Source: Candidatus Marinacidobacterium sp.
Lineage (GTDB): Bacteria > Acidobacteriota > Vicinamibacteria > Marinacidobacterales > Marinacidobacteraceae
NCBI GenBank assembly: GCA_965204755.1
Contig: OZ242011.1
Location: forward strand, 480,001-544,000
DNA: 64,000 nt
Direction of reading: 5' to 3'
How positions within the stretch are numbered: position 1 is the stretch's first letter; every line of letters begins with the position of its first letter. The translations under genes were made by a program, and so were the position numbers. The notes under the pieces are model-generated. The model did no database searches. It saw only the letters and a list, made by a program, of their open reading frames with translations, and was not told the DNA's origin. Positions 51,401-57,400 of the stretch are shown here, piece by piece.

Positions 51401-54400
51401 GGCGAGCGCGGCGTTGTTGCCGGCGGCGTCGGCGATCGTCCCGCCGTTCAGCGCGAGCGCGGAGGCGCCGACGGCGACCCCGTTCGCGTCGTGGTCCGCG
51501 GTAACCACCAGGTAGCGGAACGAGAGCGAGGCGGCGCCGTGGCCGAAGGCGTAGGCGGCCTGCTTCGTCCCGGCGCCGACGGTGAGGGCGACCTGCGGCA
51601 TCCCGGTGATCCGGACCGTTTCGCTGAAGGCGACGGTTACGGTGAGGGCGTCGCCGGCGATGAAAGCGCCGCTCGCGCCGCTCCCGGCGCCGGAGAGGGT
51701 GACCCCGGTAACCGTCGGCGCCACGGCGTCGGCGGCGGGGCCGTCCACGATGAAGGCCGCGTCGCGGGCGATCGCGTGGGTCCCCAGGGCGAGCGCGGCG
51801 TTGTTGCCGGCGGCGTCGGCGATCGAGCCGCCGTTCAGCGCGAGCGCGGAAGCGCCGACGCCGATCCCGTCCGGGTCGGTGTCCCCGTCGGCCACGAGGT
51901 AGCGGAAAGTCGGCGAAGCGGTCCCGCTGCCGGAGGCGTAGTCCGCCTGCTTCGTCGCGCCGCCGATGGTGAGGGCCACCTGCGGGGTCCCGGCGACCGT
52001 TACCGGCTCGTCGAAGGAGACGGTTACGGAGATGGCGTCCCCGGCGATGAAGACGCCGTTCGCGCCGATCCCGGTCCCAGAGAGCGCCAGGCCGGTTACC
52101 CGGGGGCCGACGGCGTCGGTCCCGCCCCCGGTAACCCTGAAGTTCGCGTCGTCGGCGAGCGCGTGGGTTCCGAGGCCGAGGGCGGCGTCGTTGTTCGCGC
52201 CGTCCTTGATCGTCCCGTTGTTCAGCGTGAGCGCGGAAGCGCCGACGGCGACCCCGTTCGCGTCGGTGTCCCCGGAGGCCACGGTGTAGCGGAAGACCAG
52301 CGAGATCGTGCCGCTGCCGGAGGCGTAGGCGGCCTGGCGGGGGTTCGCGCCGACGGTGAGCGCGACCTGCGGGGCGCCGGTAACGGTTACCGACTCGCTG
52401 AAGTCAACGGTTACCGCGATCACATCGCCGGCGATGAAGGCGCCGCTCGCGCCCTGCCCGGTCCCGGAGAGGGTTACGCCGGCGACGGTCGGCGCTACGG
52501 TGTCCGAGGCGCTCCCGTCCACCACCGCGTCGCCGTCGGTGACGGCGTGGGAGCCGAGGCCGAGCGCCGCGTCGTTGTCCGCGGCGTCCTCTATCGTCCC
52601 GCCGTTCAGGGCGAGGGCCGTAGCGCCGATGCTCAGGCCGTTTGCGTCGGTGTCCGCCGCGGCCACGGTGTAGCGGAACACCAGCGAAGTCGTCCCGCTG
52701 CCGGAGGCGTAGTCGGCCTGGCGGGTGGCCGCGCCGATCGTGAGCGCGAGGCGGGGCGTCCCGGTGACGATCGCGGGTTCGCTGAACTCGACGGTTACCT
52801 CGATCGTGTCGCCGGCGATGAAGACGCCGTTCGCGCCGTGGGCTTCGCCGCCGACGGTTACGCCGGTTACCGCCGGCCCGGAGGAGTCCACCCCGCCGCC
52901 GTCCACCTTGAAGTCGGCGGCGCTGCTGACGGCGTGGCTGCCGAGGCCGAGCGACGCGTTGCGGTTCGAGCCGTCGCGGATCGTCCCGCCGTTCAGGGTG
53001 AGCGCCGAGGCGCCGATGTCGATCCCGTCGGTATCGGCGTCGGTGGCCACCACGGTGTAGCGGAACCGCAGCGAAGCGGTCCCGCTGCCGGAGACATACG
53101 CGGCCTGGCGGGTCGCGGTCCCGACCATGAAGGCCAGTTGCGGGGCGCCGACGACCGTTACCGTTTCGTGGAACTCGACGGCCGCCTCGATGGCGTCCCC
53201 GCCGATGAAGACGCCTTCCGCGCCCATCCCGCTCCCGGAGAGCGAGAGGCCGATCACCTTCGGGCCGACGATGTCGGAGTTGCCGCCGCTGACCCGCCAG
53301 TCGCTCTGGCTGACCGCGTGCGATCCCAGGTCGAGGATCGCGTTGTTGTTCGCGGCGTCCCGGATGGTCCCGCCGTTCAGGGTCAGCGCCGAGGCCCCGA
53401 CATCGTACCCGAAGGGTTCGGAGTCCGAGGACTGCACGGTGTAGGTGAAACGCAGCGAGGCCGTCCCGCTGCCGGAGACATAGTCGGCCTGACGGGTCCC
53501 CGACTGGATGCCGAGCGCCAGTTGCGGGGTCCCGACAACGGTTACCGGTTCGCTGAAGGTGACCGTCGCCACGATCAGGTCGCCGGCGATGAAGATGACC
53601 GCGCCGCCGTTCGGGACTCCGCCGAGCGTGAGGCCGGTTACCGTCGGGCGGACCGCTTCCGAGGCGGCGCCGTTCACCGCTTGGTCCCCGTCGGTGATGA
53701 CATGGGCGGCGAGGCCGAGCGTCGCGTCGTTGTTCGCGGCGTCCTCGATCTCCCCGGAGTTCAGGGTGAGCGCCGAAGCGCCGATGCTGATCCCGTTCGC
53801 GTCCACATCGGCGGCGACCACGGTGTAGCGGAAGACCAGCGAAGCGGTCCCGCTGCCGGAGGCGTAGTCGGCCTGCCTGTCGGTCGCCCCGATGGTGAGG
53901 GCGACCTGCGGCGTTCCGGTAACCGTTACCGGCTCGCTGAAGGCGACGGTTACTTCGAGGACATCGTCGGCGATGAAGACGCCGCCCGAGCCGCGCCCGG
54001 TCCCGGAGACGGTTACCCCGGTTACCGTCGGCGCGGTGGCGTCGGCGGCGCTCCCGTTCACCTCGAAGTCGGCGTCGTCGCCGAGGGCGTGGGTCCCGAG
54101 GCCGAGGGTGGCGTTGTTGTTCGCGCTGTCCCGGATCGTCCCGCCGTTCAGGGTGAGCGCCGTAGCGCCGACGGAGACGCCGTTCGCGTCGGTGTCGGCG
54201 GCGACGACCGTGTAGCGGAAGACCAGGGAGGTCGTCCCGCTGCCGGAGGCGTAGTCGGCCTGCTTGTCGGTCGTCCCGATGGTGAGCGCCAACTGCGGCG
54301 TCCCGTTTACCGTCGCGGCCTCGTTGAAGGTAACGGTCGCCTCGATCTCGTCCCCGGCGACGAAGACGCCGCCCGCGCCCTGCCCGGTCCCCGAGAGCGA

Positions 54401-57400
54401 GACCCCGGTAACCACCGGCCCGGTGGCGTCCGCGCCGCCGCCGGCGACCGTGAAGTCGCTGTCGTCGCCGAGGGCGTGGGTTCCGAGGTCGAGCGCGGCG
54501 GGGTTGTTCGCGGCGTCGCGGATCGTCCCGGAGTTCAGGGTGAGCGCCGAGGCGGCGACGGAGACGCCGTTCGCGTCGGTATCGCCGCTGACCACGGTGT
54601 AGCGGAAGACCAGCGACTTCGTGCCGCTGCCGGAGGCGTAGGCGGCCTGGCGGGTGTTCGCGCCGACGGTGAGGGCCACCTGCGGCGTCCCGACGACCGT
54701 CGCCGCCTCGTGGAACTCGACGGTTACCGCGAGGATGTCCCCGGCGATGAAGACGCCGCTCGCGCCCATGCCGGTCCCCGACAGCGAGACCCCGGTTACG
54801 GCAGGGCCGCGATTGTCGGCGGCGTTCCCGTCCACCCGGAAGTCGGCGGCGTCGGTTACGGCGCGCGTCCCGAGGTCGAGCGCGGCGTTGTTGTTCGCGG
54901 CGTCGCGGATCATCCCGCCGTTCAGGGTGAGCGCGTCGGCGGCGACGGAGAGCCCGTTCGGGTCGGTGTCGCCGGCGGCCACGGTGTAGCGGAAGACCAG
55001 GGAGGTCGTCCCGCTGCCGGAGACATAACCGGCCTGCCGGGTCGCCGCGCCGATGGTGAGCGCCAGGCGCGGCGCCCCGGTAACCGTCGCCGGCTCGTTG
55101 AACTCCACCGTCGCCGTGATGACATCCCCGGCGATGAAGATGCCGCCGGCCCGGTTCCCGATTCCCGACAGGGAGACGCCGGACACCCGGGGGCCGGTGG
55201 TGTCGGTCCCGGCGCCGTCCACCTTCAGGTTCCCGTCGTTGGTGAAGGCGTACCTGATGAGGTTGAGCGTCGCGGCGCCGTCGGTGTCGCCGATCGTCCC
55301 GTTGTTCAACCCCAGAGCGTTGCCCGCGATGCTGATCCCGTCGTTGTCGGTGTCGGCCGCGACCACGGTGTAGCGGAAGACCAGGACGGTGGTCCCGCTG
55401 CCGGAGACATAGGAGGCGTACCGGGGGGTCGTCCCGACGGTCATCGCCACCCGCGGCGTCCCGGTAACCGTCGCCGGCTGGGTGAAGGTGAGCCGGACTT
55501 CGATCGCGTCGCCCGCGATGAAGGCGCCGCCCGCGCCCCGGCCGGTCGCCGGGACTTCCATCCCGAAGACCCACGGGGCGCCGGCGTCCCCGTCCACCAC
55601 ATGGTCCCCGTCGGTAACCGTGTACCCGGTGAGGTCGAGGTTCACCCCGAGGCCGCCCGCGGTGATCGTCCCGCCGTTCAACTCGAGCGCCGACGCCCCG
55701 ATGCTGAGGCCGTTCGCGTCCTCGTCCGCCACTTGCACGGTGTAGGTGAACCAGACGAAGCCGCCGTGGCTGGAGTAGGTGGCGTAGCGGGTCTCGGTCC
55801 CGATGGTGAGCGCCAGCCGCGGCGTCCCGGTTACCGCGTACGGCGTACGATTGAATGTGAGGAGGACCCGGAGTTCGTCGCCGGAGGTCAGGACGCCGCC
55901 CGGGCCGCTGGCGCCCGAGGAAAAGTTCAGCGAGGCAACCGTCGGCGCGGCCGCCGACGCCGCGGCGCTCCCGTTCACCGTGAAGTCGGAGTCGTCGGTT
56001 ACGGCGTGGGTCCCGAGGTCGAGCGCCGCGTCGTTGGCGCTGTCGCGGATCGTCCCGCCGTTCAGGGTGAGCGCGGAGGCGGCGACGCTGATGCCGTTCG
56101 CGTCGGTGTCGCCGCTGGCCACCGCGTAGCGGAAGACCAGGGCCGCCGTCCCGCTGCCGGAGGCGTAGGCGGCCTGGCGGGCGGCGCTGCCGACGGTGAG
56201 TTCGACCTGCGGCGTCCCGGTAACCGTTACCGCTTCGTGGAAGGTGACCGTCGCGGTGATGGGGTCGCCGGCGCGGAAGACGCCGCTCGCGGCCGTCCCG
56301 GTTCCTCCCAGCGAGAAGCCGGTGACCCTCGGGGCGACGATGTCGGCGGCGCTCCCGTTCACCGTGAAGGCGGAGTCGTCGCCGAGGGCGTGGGTTCCGA
56401 GGGCGAGCGTCGCGGTGTTGTTCGCGGCGTCCGCGATCGACCCGCCGTTCAGGGTGAGCGCGGAGGCGCCGACGCTGACGCCGTTCGCGTCCGTGTCGCC
56501 GGAGACCACCGCGTAGCGGAAGACCAGGGCCGTCGTGCCGCTGCCGGAGGCGTAGTCGGCTTGGCGGTCGTTCTCGCCGACGGTGATCGCCAACTGCGGC
56601 GTCCCGCCGACCGTGGCCGCTTCGTTGAAGGTTACGGTCGCCGAGATCTCGTCCCCGGCGACGAAGACGCCGCTCGCGCCCTGCCCGGTCCCGGAGAGGG
56701 TTACCCCGGTTACGACCGGCCCGGTCGCGTCCGTTCCGCCGCCGGTAACCGTGAAGTCGCCGTCGTTGGTCACGGCGTGGGTTCCCAGCGCGAGCGCGGC
56801 GTTGTTGTTCGCGCCGTCGACGATCGTCCCGGTGTTCAGGGCCAGCGCGCCGGCGGCGATGCTGATCCCGTCGGCGTCGGAGTCGGCGGACTGCACGGTG
56901 TAGCGGAAGACCAGCGAGGTCGTCCCGCTGCCGGAGGCGTAGTCGGCCTGCTGCGTCGCCGAGCCGATGGAGAGGGCCACCTGCGGGGTCCCGGTAACCG
57001 TCGCGGCTTCGTGGAACTCGATGGTTACGGTGATGACATCCCCGGCGATGAAGGCGCCGCTCGAGCCCATCCCGCTCCCGGTGAGCGAGACCCCGGTAAC
57101 CGTCGGGCCCACATTGTCCGCGGCGTTCCCGTCCACCTGGAAGAGGGTGTTGTCGGTGATGAGGTGCGTCCCGAGGCCGAGGGTCGCGTTGTTGCTCGCG
57201 GCGTCCGCGATCGTCCCGGTGTTCAGGGCGAGCGCGTCGGCGGCGATGCTGATCCCGTTGGAGTCGGAGTCGCCGGACTGCACGGCGTAGCGGAAGACCA
57301 GGGAAGCCGTCCCGCTGCCGGAGGCGTAGTCGGCCTGCTGCGTCGCCGAGCCGACCGTGAGCGCCACCCGCGGCGTCCCGGTAACGGTTACCGGCTCGCT